Assembly (NCBI GenBank): GCA_020350205.1
Contig: CP070707.1
Span: 2,812,734 to 2,876,733, forward strand
Direction of reading: 5' to 3'
Source of the DNA: a bacterium
GTDB lineage: Bacteria > Calditrichota > Calditrichia > RBG-13-44-9
Length of the DNA stretch: 64,000 nt
In this document: positions 19,136-28,622 of the stretch, one piece after another
Numbering within the stretch: position 1 is the stretch's first letter
Layout of the letters: the number at the start of each line of letters is the position of its first letter
The notes under the pieces: model-generated
What the model saw: only the letters and a program-made list of their open reading frames with translations
The model's database searches: none
What the model was told of the DNA's origin: nothing
Program-made: the position numbers and the translations under genes

Positions 19136-19151
19136 TGGCATCCTTTTTGAA
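19136..19151 (+). promoter_or_regulatory. Candidate sigma-54 (-24/-12) promoter
   Basis: TGGCATCCTTTTTGAA against consensus TGGCAC-N5-TTGC: correct GG-to-G spacing, but GA instead of GC. It lies about 90 bp upstream of 19242 and downstream of an NtrC-family activator gene. Confidence 0.45.
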
Positions 19152-19241
19152 CAACAATTTCCGGCTGAACTAAATATTGTGCCAAAGAAATCAGGCTGAT
19201 TTAAAATTTTTAAAAGATGAACTAAAAGAAAGGGTAATGTA

Positions 19242-19865
19242 ATGAAGGTTAAACTATTTGTTAGTCTAGTTGTTTTTATTATCGCAGCGCTTCTGCTCAC
19301 AAGTTGTTCAAAAGCACCACAAGAACTGGTAGAGGCTGCAAAAAATGCAGTGGATTCAGCAAAGTCTGCACAAGCAGATTTATATGTACCAGACGAATTC
19401 CAAAATATTCAGGATTCATTAAATGCAGCCTTGTCCGAAATTCAGGCACAAGATTCCAAGTTCTTTATAAGCCGTGACTATACTCATGCTAAAAAGCTTC
19501 TGGAATCAACAACCTCAATGGCAGAAACGGTTATTGAAGATGCAAACTTTCGTAAAGATGAAATTCGCGTTGAGGTTCAGGAATCATTAGCAGAATTAAA
19601 ATTACTTCTGGAAGAGAATAAGAATTTAATGAGTAAGGCTCCCAAAGGCAAAGACGGCCGGCAAGCTTTAGAAATAATCGAGGACGAAATCACAGTTATC
19701 GAGGCTTCTTTAAGTGAAGTCTCGGCTTTAATAACAAATGGTGACTATATCAATGCAAAAGATAAAATCGATGCCGGATTAGTGGAAGTTCAATCTATCA
19801 ATGATGAATTGAGAGAAGCAATCGCCAAACGATCAGGGATCTCCAAGAAAGCTACCAGAAGTTAG
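19242..19865 (+). CDS. Helical lipoprotein (DUF4398-like)
   Basis: Lipobox LTSC followed by an Ala/Glu/Lys-rich amphipathic helical sequence with internal pseudo-repeat character. Confidence 0.7.
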   Translation: MKVKLFVSLVVFIIAALLLTSCSKAPQELVEAAKNAVDSAKSAQADLYVPDEFQNIQDSLNAALSEIQAQDSKFFISRDYTHAKKLLESTTSMAETVIEDANFRKDEIRVEVQESLAELKLLLEENKNLMSKAPKGKDGRQALEIIEDEITVIEASLSEVSALITNGDYINAKDKIDAGLVEVQSINDELREAIAKRSGISKKATRS

Positions 19866-19891
19866 ATTCGTTCCATTCAGTTTCACCACTT

Positions 19892-19924
19892 ACCTCGACC
19901 TCTTGAAACCAGGTCGAGGTTTTT
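19892..19924 (+). terminator. Intrinsic terminator / intra-operon attenuator
   Basis: Perfect 10-bp stem ACCTCGACCT / AGGTCGAGGT with a 9-nt loop, followed by a T run. Confidence 0.75.
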
Positions 19925-19943
19925 ATTATATCAGGATGAGAAA

Positions 19944-21083
19944 GTGCGAAATAAAATTCATCTTAGACAATTGACCGGGATTACGAAAGCGAGACGAAAG
20001 TGGTACGTGTCTTTCTTTTTAATCGGTGCGGTTATTGTTCTGGGATGCGCGATTGGAATTTACATAGGATTCCCACATCCGCCGGTTCAGGCGATTAATA
20101 GAACCCGTGTATTACTAAGCGAGGCAAGAAGGAGTGAGGCATGGCGATATACACCCGGGCTTCTTCGTGAAGCGGAAAATTGCTTCATGCTGGTCCAATC
20201 AGAGTGGAGGAAGCAGAATCAAAAAATCTTTTTGAATCGTGATTTTAAAGTTCTGCTTTCACTTAATAATATCGCTCTTCAACAAGCCTTGATAACGCAT
20301 CAGCGAACAAAGGAAATTAAAGATTCACTAAAAATTCTTTTAAAAATCAAGATTGAATTAATGTCTCAAAAAATTGACAGCATGCAAGCGGTTATCCAGA
20401 ATTTTCCGGCTCAAAAATTAACCCGATCTAAATTCACCAAAGGTAGTTTATTCATACTTGAAAGCCGGCTTGCTTATGAGCGTGGAAATTACCAGGAGGC
20501 AAATCAAAAACTTGCTAGAACCGAAGAATATTTGGGAGAGGTGTACCAAAAAATCAATGATCGTCTAATAGAATACATTAAAGAGCTTCCCAAATGGCGT
20601 TCCTGGGCTACTGAAGTAATAGAGTTATCTAAAACAAATAAATCAACAGTCATCATGATTGATAAGATGGCGAGAACGTGCCAAGTCTATCTAGCAGGTG
20701 AGTTAAAAGCAGTCTATTCTGCCGAATTCGGAGCAAATTGGATAGGCCATAAAATCTTCAGAGGAGATCTCGCTACACCCGAAGGAAAATATTTTATCAA
20801 AGAAAAAAAAGATCTGGGTCAGTCTAAATATTACAAAGCCTTAGAACTTGATTATCCCACCCCAGAAGATCGCGAAAATTTTATAAGCCGGAAAAAATCC
20901 GGAAAACTGCCCAAAGATGCCCATATCGGTGGATCAATAGAGATTCATGGTGAGGGGGGCAAGGGATTTAATTGGACCGAGGGTTGTATTGCATTAAGAA
21001 ACGAAGACATGGATAAGCTATTTCAGATGACTTTTGTCGGTACTCCCATACTTATTGTAGGTACGCTGAACGGACTTCAATGA
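19944..21083 (+). CDS. L,D-transpeptidase (YkuD family) with an N-terminal TM anchor and helical domain
   Basis: GDLATPEGKY, YYKALELDYP, IEIHG...WTEGCIALRNEDM (catalytic His and Cys). Confidence 0.92.
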   Translation: MRNKIHLRQLTGITKARRKWYVSFFLIGAVIVLGCAIGIYIGFPHPPVQAINRTRVLLSEARRSEAWRYTPGLLREAENCFMLVQSEWRKQNQKIFLNRDFKVLLSLNNIALQQALITHQRTKEIKDSLKILLKIKIELMSQKIDSMQAVIQNFPAQKLTRSKFTKGSLFILESRLAYERGNYQEANQKLARTEEYLGEVYQKINDRLIEYIKELPKWRSWATEVIELSKTNKSTVIMIDKMARTCQVYLAGELKAVYSAEFGANWIGHKIFRGDLATPEGKYFIKEKKDLGQSKYYKALELDYPTPEDRENFISRKKSGKLPKDAHIGGSIEIHGEGGKGFNWTEGCIALRNEDMDKLFQMTFVGTPILIVGTLNGLQ

Positions 21084-21113
21084 TTCATTAAAGACAATAA
21101 ACGGCAATATTAC

Positions 21114-21869
21114 ATGAAGGAAAATGAAAATCTAAAAAATGGATTTGGAATTCCAATTGTACAAAATCATTTAGAGGAATCTATCCATATCTCTAAAGTT
21201 CCAGTACCTGAAACTCCACGAAACATGATAAAACTGGGTATTATGATAGGGTGGGCTTTAGCAATCCTGTTAATTTTTATCTCTCCCCTGTTTCAGGAAC
21301 TAAAACATGCCATTCTTCCGACAGGAGACCAACAAATAACAATAAAAAATAAAGACCTGCTTAAGGAGTATAAATCATTAAATCAGGCTGTGAGAAACCT
21401 CAAGAAAAAAGGTGCCAGTCTAATTCCATCTGGATATTACTTGATCGTGAACACTGCAGAAGGTGATTTTTTTTTAAAATTCCAAAAAAACACAATACGC
21501 CAGGGACTTTGTTCAACCGGAAGCTATGTACACCTGAAATCCTCTGATAACAGACAATGGGTATTCCGAACACCCAGAGGATTATTCCGTATTCAGGACA
21601 AAATTGAAGCGCCTATTTGGCGGATGCCAGACTGGGCATTTTTGGAGAATGGAATACCTGTCCCGCCTCCTAATTCCCCGGAGAGATTTGAGGCAGGCGT
21701 TCTAGGAGAATATGCACTTTCACTGGGAGATGGATATTTAATCCATGGTACACTTTACAAAAGATTTTTGGGGATGCCAGTGACACATGGTTGTGTGCGC
21801 TTGGACGACGAAGATTTAAGAAGTGTTTATATAAATTTAGCGGTCGGATCAAAAGTGTTCATCTATTAG
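21114..21869 (+). CDS. L,D-transpeptidase (YkuD family), membrane-anchored
   Basis: F.TPRGLF, P.W..PDWAF.E, LG.YAL.LGDGYLIHGT...VTHGCVRL. Confidence 0.92.
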   Translation: MKENENLKNGFGIPIVQNHLEESIHISKVPVPETPRNMIKLGIMIGWALAILLIFISPLFQELKHAILPTGDQQITIKNKDLLKEYKSLNQAVRNLKKKGASLIPSGYYLIVNTAEGDFFLKFQKNTIRQGLCSTGSYVHLKSSDNRQWVFRTPRGLFRIQDKIEAPIWRMPDWAFLENGIPVPPPNSPERFEAGVLGEYALSLGDGYLIHGTLYKRFLGMPVTHGCVRLDDEDLRSVYINLAVGSKVFIY

Positions 21870-21876
21870 GGATTTA

Positions 21877-22764
21877 ATGCTTTATTTCAAATTTAAAACC
21901 TGGTCAGTAAAATTTAAAAAAAGATGGATCAAACCAATAATCCCGGTTGGTAATTTATCCCAATTACTTGGACCGAACCGCCTTACCGGAATTTGGATTA
22001 TGATCAGCATTTTTCTACCTCCAATCTCAATATTCATAATTATGGTTATATTACCTGCTCTCTCCCCTGAAATTTATTGGAAAGAGAAGACTCTTCACGA
22101 CTCCGAAAAAAAAATTACCATATCTAAATTGTCTGATACTGACAGGGAACTGGCAGAAAAAATAATTTCCTTAGCAAAAGAACAGGCATACCTTACTACC
22201 CGATTGCAGTGTGCGAAAGATGATTCCATTTCTGTTTCCCTAAACCTTGCCGACTCCTCTCTAAACATTGACATTCATGGATTAACGGTAAGAGAATGTG
22301 TAATAAAGGAGGTTAGTTTGAATCGGGGATATCGCCATCTAAAGGATCAGGATATTTTAATTTCATGGATATCCTCCGTATTCCAACTGGAACATGAGCT
22401 GGCCACACTACCGAAAGCACCGATTGTGGTGAAAAATGCACCTAAAGATACGCTTGAAGCCCGTGATTTTTTTCAGGAACCTGGTAAACGCGAGATTGAA
22501 GACACCTATATCACCCTATATTTCAGTAAGGGTCTTATTATCGAATTGGAACAGGTAGAACCCCTCAAAATTTCAAGTTATCTTTCTAAATTAAATTATA
22601 CTATCAGAAAATCTCTCACCAGATCTTTTCTTGCACTCCAAGATCTCTTAGAATTTAAAATTCCTGAATATCCGATTCGGATAAAATTAAAATTGACACG
22701 TAATGACATCCAGGCGGTGTATAGGGCTCTCCCGAAAAAGGCAAAATTAGCTCTTTTTATATAG
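21877..22764 (+). CDS. Membrane-anchored hypothetical protein, probable catalytically dead YkuD-like paralog
   Basis: TM segment plus coiled coil like the upstream gene. Its C-terminus KLKLTRNDIQAVYRALPKKAKLALFI resembles GCVRLDDEDLRSVYINLAVGSKVFIY of 21114-21869 but lacks the His and Cys. Confidence 0.6.
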   Translation: MLYFKFKTWSVKFKKRWIKPIIPVGNLSQLLGPNRLTGIWIMISIFLPPISIFIIMVILPALSPEIYWKEKTLHDSEKKITISKLSDTDRELAEKIISLAKEQAYLTTRLQCAKDDSISVSLNLADSSLNIDIHGLTVRECVIKEVSLNRGYRHLKDQDILISWISSVFQLEHELATLPKAPIVVKNAPKDTLEARDFFQEPGKREIEDTYITLYFSKGLIIELEQVEPLKISSYLSKLNYTIRKSLTRSFLALQDLLEFKIPEYPIRIKLKLTRNDIQAVYRALPKKAKLALFI

Positions 22765-23675
22765 GAATGTGCCATAAATCAAATGAAATTCGATGAAAAC
22801 CATATGCTGATCTGAACGCAGTAAATTAACTTTTTCAGGTGAATTGTATGAAACTGCCTCAGGAAATATTTTGACTTATGATGTTTTTTCTTTATCACTT
22901 AATTGAATCTATCTGTGATTAGAAATGATACCCTTATATAATTTGATAATAGATTCCTGTATCAGGTGAAGTTTAGTTTATTTTTTCCGATTATTATTAT
23001 TGTTTGTGGAAATTTCTGAAATTAAATTTAAACATAATTGGAACGGATTTTGAATGTCAAACAGTATGCTCAAAAATAGATATTCTATGCACAAAAGGAT
23101 AAAAACTCCCCTCATAACATCATTAATATTTCCCTATTTTATTTGTTGGACCTTAATTGACTTAACTTGGAATATACTGCTATCTGCTCATACAAGAATC
23201 CCAAGTAATTCAGAGCAGATTTTGTGCAATCAACATGAATTCTCAATAGTATATAACTTACCAGTAGGTTTAACTGGTCTGCTACTACACAGTAAAACTG
23301 TTCTCAATAACAAACATAACCTCTGCAATTTGAATCATTGGCAACGGACCCTCCATTATTATCACAAAAATGACCTTATTTTAAATCACCCCTTTCCCTG
23401 CTTCAAAATTTCGTTTAGTGTTTTCACTTCTGATATTTAAATAAACTTTCCCGCTCCATTCTGAGCAATACGATTCTAGTCCGGTAAAAAATATTTGTGT
23501 TCTGATTTCAGAATTACAAGTGATTCACATCGTTCGTGTGAAACCAAGGTGATTGAAAACTTTATATCATTATAAAGAACCCAAAATTGAAGAGTGAAAA
23601 ATTGCAGTTTTTTGAAAAATATTTTATTTATCCTAAAATTTTTATTTCAATTATTTTTATTGAGGAGTCATTTAT

Positions 23676-24023
23676 ATGGAAAGTCTATTTTTTGGTCGTG
23701 AACAAAATCAGAAAATCGAATATAAAGTCAGCGTCAGTCCCAAAACTTTCGATCGCAAGAGAAAAGATATGACCCCGCTGTTAACCTTCTTTAATAACAG
23801 TGAAAAATCAAAACTGATAAAAAACCTGTTCAAAGGCAATACCATGCAATTCGAGTCATTTATGAACGAGCTCAACAGTAAAGTGAACTGGCAGGAAGCA
23901 TTCATGTTTATTGATGCCGAACTGGTAAAAAGGAAGGTCGATCTTATGAGTCGGTTCGCAAAATTACTAACCAACCGGGTGTATCAAGTGTACTTCCCAG
24001 AAGACATGTCTATCGGTAGGTAA
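23676..24023 (+). CDS. Hypothetical protein (small helical domain)
   Basis: RBS GAGGAG upstream; plausible amphipathic helices (KLIKNLFKG...F.NELN...W.EA..FID). Confidence 0.65.
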   Translation: MESLFFGREQNQKIEYKVSVSPKTFDRKRKDMTPLLTFFNNSEKSKLIKNLFKGNTMQFESFMNELNSKVNWQEAFMFIDAELVKRKVDLMSRFAKLLTNRVYQVYFPEDMSIGR

Positions 24024-24054
24024 TAACCTGAATTAAGGATTGACCGGGTAAATT

Positions 24055-24693
24055 ATGGTTGATTTTATACTGAATTTTGATAAATATCTGGAACAAATTA
24101 TCAGCTTGTATGGTAACTGGACCCTCTTACTTCTTTTCGTGATCATTTTTTTTGAAACCGGATTGGTAATTACACCTTTTTTACCCGGCGATTCTTTATT
24201 ATTTGCCACCGGGACACTCGCAGCAACCGGGATTCTTGATTATTCGGTATTAATCATTTTAATGAGCACAGCAGCGATCCTCGGTGACAGCTTAAACTAT
24301 TCACTGGGTTATGCAGTGAATCGACACCCACATTTGATCCATAACCGATTTATCCGATCTGAGCACATACGTCGGACAGAAAAATTTTACCAGCGGCATG
24401 GGGGGAAAACGATAATTTTGGCAAGGTTTATCCCCATTATCAGAACTTTTGCACCCTTTGTTGCAGGAGTCGCAAAAATGTCTTATAGAAAATTTTTATT
24501 TTATAATATTATAGGCGGTGTAATATGGGTGACTGGTTTTGTGCTACTAGGTTATTTTTTTGGAAATATCCCGGTAATTAAAAATAATTTTTCGCTTTCT
24601 ATTCTTGCCATTATTATTTTTTCCTTACTCCCCTTTTTAAATGGATATTTACGCAAAAACAAGTATAAAAGAACAACAAATATTTCCACTTAA
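24055..24693 (+). CDS. dedA: DedA family membrane protein
   Basis: FFETGL...PFLPGDSLLF, AAILGD..NY, GGKTIILARFIPIIRTFAPFVAG. Confidence 0.95.
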   Translation: MVDFILNFDKYLEQIISLYGNWTLLLLFVIIFFETGLVITPFLPGDSLLFATGTLAATGILDYSVLIILMSTAAILGDSLNYSLGYAVNRHPHLIHNRFIRSEHIRRTEKFYQRHGGKTIILARFIPIIRTFAPFVAGVAKMSYRKFLFYNIIGGVIWVTGFVLLGYFFGNIPVIKNNFSLSILAIIIFSLLPFLNGYLRKNKYKRTTNIST

Positions 24694-24877
24694 AGGTAAG
24701 GATATTAACCCGTTCATTTGTTGCGACGCAAAACAAATTTCTAGGCTTGATATTTGAAAAACAGTTCTGAAAGTTTATATAAATTATCTACCGAGGAGTT
24801 TCAAATAGGATTAGTTATTTTTACCATTCTACCAAAACCTAATTACATATTACTTTTTAAATTGGACTAAAGTTAAA

Positions 24878-26101
24878 TTGCACTATCCTGAGATCAGAAT
24901 ATTTTTTCTGCAAATATTTATAATGCTTGCTTCTGCACTTATTTTCGGACGAATCGCACGCATTTTTAAACAGCCGATGGTTTTTGGAGAATTCCTGGGT
25001 GGAATTATTCTGGGTCCATCTGTTCTTGGAATACTCTCTCCCAATTTGTTTCATACTGTATTTTTGGCGGATACATTTGCCAAAACCGCCAGAGAAGGAA
25101 TTACCCAAGTTGGCATGTTATTCTTTTTATTTATTGCCGGTTTAGAGGTAAAGTTGGGATACCTTCGCAAACACAAATTGACAATGATATTGACAAGTGG
25201 TTTCGGAATATTATTTCCCTTCATTCTCGGGGTTGCTTCCGTATTATTCTTACCACAATTATTTAACTTTCCGTCCGCCGATGACGTGATACTCTATGCC
25301 CTATTGATAGGGACTTTTCTTTCCATTTCAGCTTTACCAATCATAACACGCATTTTAATTGATCTTGGTTTAATCAAAGAAAACACCGGTCAGATTATAA
25401 TGGCATCCGCAGTTTTCAATGATGTTATAGGTTGGATTCTTTTTACTATCATTCTAAGTAAATACGTTTCATCAGGACTGCACCCTGCCGGTCTCAAGAT
25501 AACTTCAATTTTTTTTATCCCTGTTTTATTTTTAATAGCATTTTTGATAAGGAAGATGAGATTATCGCCCGTTTGGAAAAAATGGAATCAAAATGAACCT
25601 GGTCAAATCATGATGATAATAACAGTCTCTTTGTTACTAACAGCAGCAATAGTTGAAACCCTTGGCATTCATTCTGTCTTCGGTGCATTTTTATTAGGGG
25701 TAGCCTTAGCAGAGGAAACCAATAAAAACAGGGTACACGAAATTATTTACCAATTTACCGTGAGTTTCTTTGCTCCTCTTTATTTTGTTTCTCTCGGGAT
25801 GCAAACCAATTTTTTTACAAACTTTGATGTACTTCTCATCTTATTTTTACTGGGAGTGGCCACTCTCGGAAAAGTTGGCGGGGCCAGTCTGGGAGCCCGG
25901 TGTTCTGGGATTCCTCTTAGGCAGTCTCTGATCATTGGTTTCGGTTTAAACGCCCGTGGTGCAATCGAAATGATCCTGGCTTCGATTGCGTTTCAATATA
26001 ATTTAATCAATGAAGCTGTCTATGTTGCATTAATTTTTGTAGCAATCATTACGTCAATGATCAGCAGCCCGGTGATGGGCTTTCTAGTCAAATATCGTTA
26101 A
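24878..26101 (+). CDS. Cation:proton antiporter (CPA2 / Na_H_Exchanger family)
   Basis: QP.VFGE.LGGIILGPS, SISALP, GAFLLG, FFAPLYFVSLG, LNARGA.E. Start is uncertain (TTG). Confidence 0.92.
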   Translation: MHYPEIRIFFLQIFIMLASALIFGRIARIFKQPMVFGEFLGGIILGPSVLGILSPNLFHTVFLADTFAKTAREGITQVGMLFFLFIAGLEVKLGYLRKHKLTMILTSGFGILFPFILGVASVLFLPQLFNFPSADDVILYALLIGTFLSISALPIITRILIDLGLIKENTGQIIMASAVFNDVIGWILFTIILSKYVSSGLHPAGLKITSIFFIPVLFLIAFLIRKMRLSPVWKKWNQNEPGQIMMIITVSLLLTAAIVETLGIHSVFGAFLLGVALAEETNKNRVHEIIYQFTVSFFAPLYFVSLGMQTNFFTNFDVLLILFLLGVATLGKVGGASLGARCSGIPLRQSLIIGFGLNARGAIEMILASIAFQYNLINEAVYVALIFVAIITSMISSPVMGFLVKYR

Positions 26102-26290
26102 TCATCACCTTAAGTAGATGTGTCCTTCAATTTGAATCTTTTTGGCTGACATATAAATTGAATGGGTGATCGGTAGGTTATTTAATGCCGAGTATTTTAT
26201 TACAATTGCCACAGTGTTTCTTAATAGATCCATCTTCAGCTGCATTCAGAATTTCCAGTATCGTCATATATCCCTAAATGGCTAACCACC

Positions 26291-27562
26291 TTATACATTA
26301 AATGTCACAATCCCTGGCTGTCTGATTTTCAATTTTATCACACTCTTCCTACCGAATATTTTTTCTATTCTTCTGATATAGTCATCCACCTGTCTTTGCG
26401 GTAAAAACACTTGAATCGTTCCGGCAAATCCCCCACCGTGTACCCGGCACGCACCTTCCTTAATTTCAGCAATATATTGAGCGGTTAATGCCAAAGCTAG
26501 TGTGACACCTTGTTCATGTTCATTCTTTACTGAATAGATGTTTTGTAACCACTTCAAAGATGAATCTCCGGATTGCTGTACGAGAGATAAAAATTTTTGA
26601 AAGTCGCCTGAATCAAGCATTTTAATCTGTTCGACCACGCGTCTATTTTCATCAAAATAGTGCATTGTTCTAATTACTGCGCGGTCACCGACACTATTTC
26701 TTAATTCCGCAATTTTATCCAAAAAAACATTCTCATCAACCTCCCGCAGGACGTCTTTTTTAAACTTTTTTGCGACAGATTTCATCTCTTCAGGGACGGA
26801 AGCATAATCTTCCGTTAGATCTGCATGACTGCCCCCGGTATCTACGATAAGAATATCATACTCGTATCGCTTAAAATCAAAATCAATCTCCTCCACCTGA
26901 GGATTTTGTGGGTCCTTGAAATCGATCGCAATAATTCCACCTACAGCACAGGCCATCTGATCCATCAATCCGCAGGGTTTGCCAAAAAAAACATTTTCTG
27001 CGTATTGTCCAATCTGAGCAATGGTGTTTGGTGGAATTTTTGCTTCATTAAACAGGTAATTAAAAATGGAAGCGATTAATACCTCCACAGAAGCTGAAGA
27101 ACTGAGCCCCGAACCTTGCAGGACATCACTGGTCATACAGGCAAAAAATCCACCCGTCTTGTACCCAATTTCATTGAACCGCTTAGCTATACCACGAATA
27201 ATCGCCATGGTTGTTCCTGCTTCTTCTTGGCAAATTTCAAGATCATCTAAATTAATCTCGAATGGGTCTTCATATCCTTCCGAGTAAAGAATTACTTTCT
27301 GCATATCATTTTTTGAGGCCACAGCGATTGAATCTAGATTAATACTGGCGGCTAATACTTTTCCATTGTTATGGTCAGTATGATTACCACTGATTTCAAT
27401 ACGTCCCGGCACACTAAAGAATATCTGGGCTGGTTCTTTGAAAATCTTTAAAAATTTCTTCACTAAGCGTTGATAGCGTTCAATTTGTATTTCAAGAGTT
27501 CCCTTATCCGATCCATAGAGTTTATCTAGGTTTCTGAGATTTTTTTGAAAATCTATCCTCAC
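26291..27562 (-). CDS. galK: Galactokinase
   Basis: [30 protein letters not shown] and [13 protein letters not shown] kinase motifs; adjacent to galT. Confidence 0.92.
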   Translation of the reverse strand: MRIDFQKNLRNLDKLYGSDKGTLEIQIERYQRLVKKFLKIFKEPAQIFFSVPGRIEISGNHTDHNNGKVLAASINLDSIAVASKNDMQKVILYSEGYEDPFEINLDDLEICQEEAGTTMAIIRGIAKRFNEIGYKTGGFFACMTSDVLQGSGLSSSASVEVLIASIFNYLFNEAKIPPNTIAQIGQYAENVFFGKPCGLMDQMACAVGGIIAIDFKDPQNPQVEEIDFDFKRYEYDILIVDTGGSHADLTEDYASVPEEMKSVAKKFKKDVLREVDENVFLDKIAELRNSVGDRAVIRTMHYFDENRRVVEQIKMLDSGDFQKFLSLVQQSGDSSLKWLQNIYSVKNEHEQGVTLALALTAQYIAEIKEGACRVHGGGFAGTIQVFLPQRQVDDYIRRIEKIFGRKSVIKLKIRQPGIVTFNV

Positions 27563-28605
27563 TTGTCAGCTCCCAATTTAAAATGAATATCAGACATATT
27601 GCGTAGACGCTCAGCAGCCTGTTCTGCGGTAATGTCTCTTTGTGCTTCAGAAAGCATTTCGTAACCTACCATGAATTTTTTAATTGTTGCGGAACGCAAT
27701 AAAGGCGGATAAAAATGGGCGTGCAAGTGCCAGTGCTCATTCCTATTTTTATCAAATGGGGCGCCATGCCATCCCATTGTATAGGGGAATGAAATATTGA
27801 ACAGATTATCATATTTACATAGGAGTCCCTTCATAATTTGGGCAAGTGCTTCCCGTTCTTCCTTTAGTGTATCCGACAGTCGCAGTAGCTGTCGTTTGGG
27901 CAACAGTAATGTTTCAAAAGGCCAAACTGCCCAAAAAGGCGTCAACACAACCCAGTATTGATTTTCTATAATTATCCGTTCTTGATGTTTCAGTTCTTCA
28001 TAAAGATAATCTAATAATAAAACAGATTTGTTTTTTTTGTAATAAGCCACTTGATTCCGGTTTTCCTTATAGGGTTCAACGGGCAGAGTGTTGCTAGCCC
28101 AAATCTGCCCGTGTGGATGTGGATTTGAACATCCCATAATCTCACCCTTATTCTCAAAGACCTGTACCCATTCATAATTTTGGCCCAATTCACGGATTTG
28201 TTCTGACCATAAATCTATCACCTTCACGATATCGCTTTCCGTCATTTCAGCTAAAGTCAAATCATGACGCGGTGAAAAACAGATTACCCGAGAGGTTCCA
28301 GTCACCGAAGAATATCTGAATAAATCCTGTCCTGTATCCTTAAAATCAGGAGTATCAGGAAGAAGTGCAGTAAAGTCGTTAGTAAATACAAACGTATTGG
28401 TGTATTTGGGATTAATGTTCCCACCGGCGCGTTGGTTTCCCGGACAGAGATAACATTCTGGATCATATTGGGGGCGAATTTCTTTTAGCGTCACTTCCTG
28501 CTGGCCCTGCCAGGGGCGCCTGGTACGGTGCGGCGAAACCAGTACCCAATCGCCATTTAGCTGGTTATACCTTCGGTGCGGATGATTGTTAATTTTCAAA
28601 TTCAT
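27559..28605 (-). CDS. galT: UDP-glucose--hexose-1-phosphate uridylyltransferase
   Basis: [39 protein letters not shown] (HPH active site), [10 protein letters not shown]. Confidence 0.97.
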   Translation of the reverse strand: MNLKINNHPHRRYNQLNGDWVLVSPHRTRRPWQGQQEVTLKEIRPQYDPECYLCPGNQRAGGNINPKYTNTFVFTNDFTALLPDTPDFKDTGQDLFRYSSVTGTSRVICFSPRHDLTLAEMTESDIVKVIDLWSEQIRELGQNYEWVQVFENKGEIMGCSNPHPHGQIWASNTLPVEPYKENRNQVAYYKKNKSVLLLDYLYEELKHQERIIIENQYWVVLTPFWAVWPFETLLLPKRQLLRLSDTLKEEREALAQIMKGLLCKYDNLFNISFPYTMGWHGAPFDKNRNEHWHLHAHFYPPLLRSATIKKFMVGYEMLSEAQRDITAEQAAERLRNMSDIHFKLGADK

Positions 28606-28622
28606 TCAGGCAATTTCCATTT

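Noticed and set aside
23054-23440. 128-aa His/Cys-containing ORF in an AT-rich intergenic region
   Set aside because: No RBS or recognisable motif; cannot be distinguished from a chance ORF.
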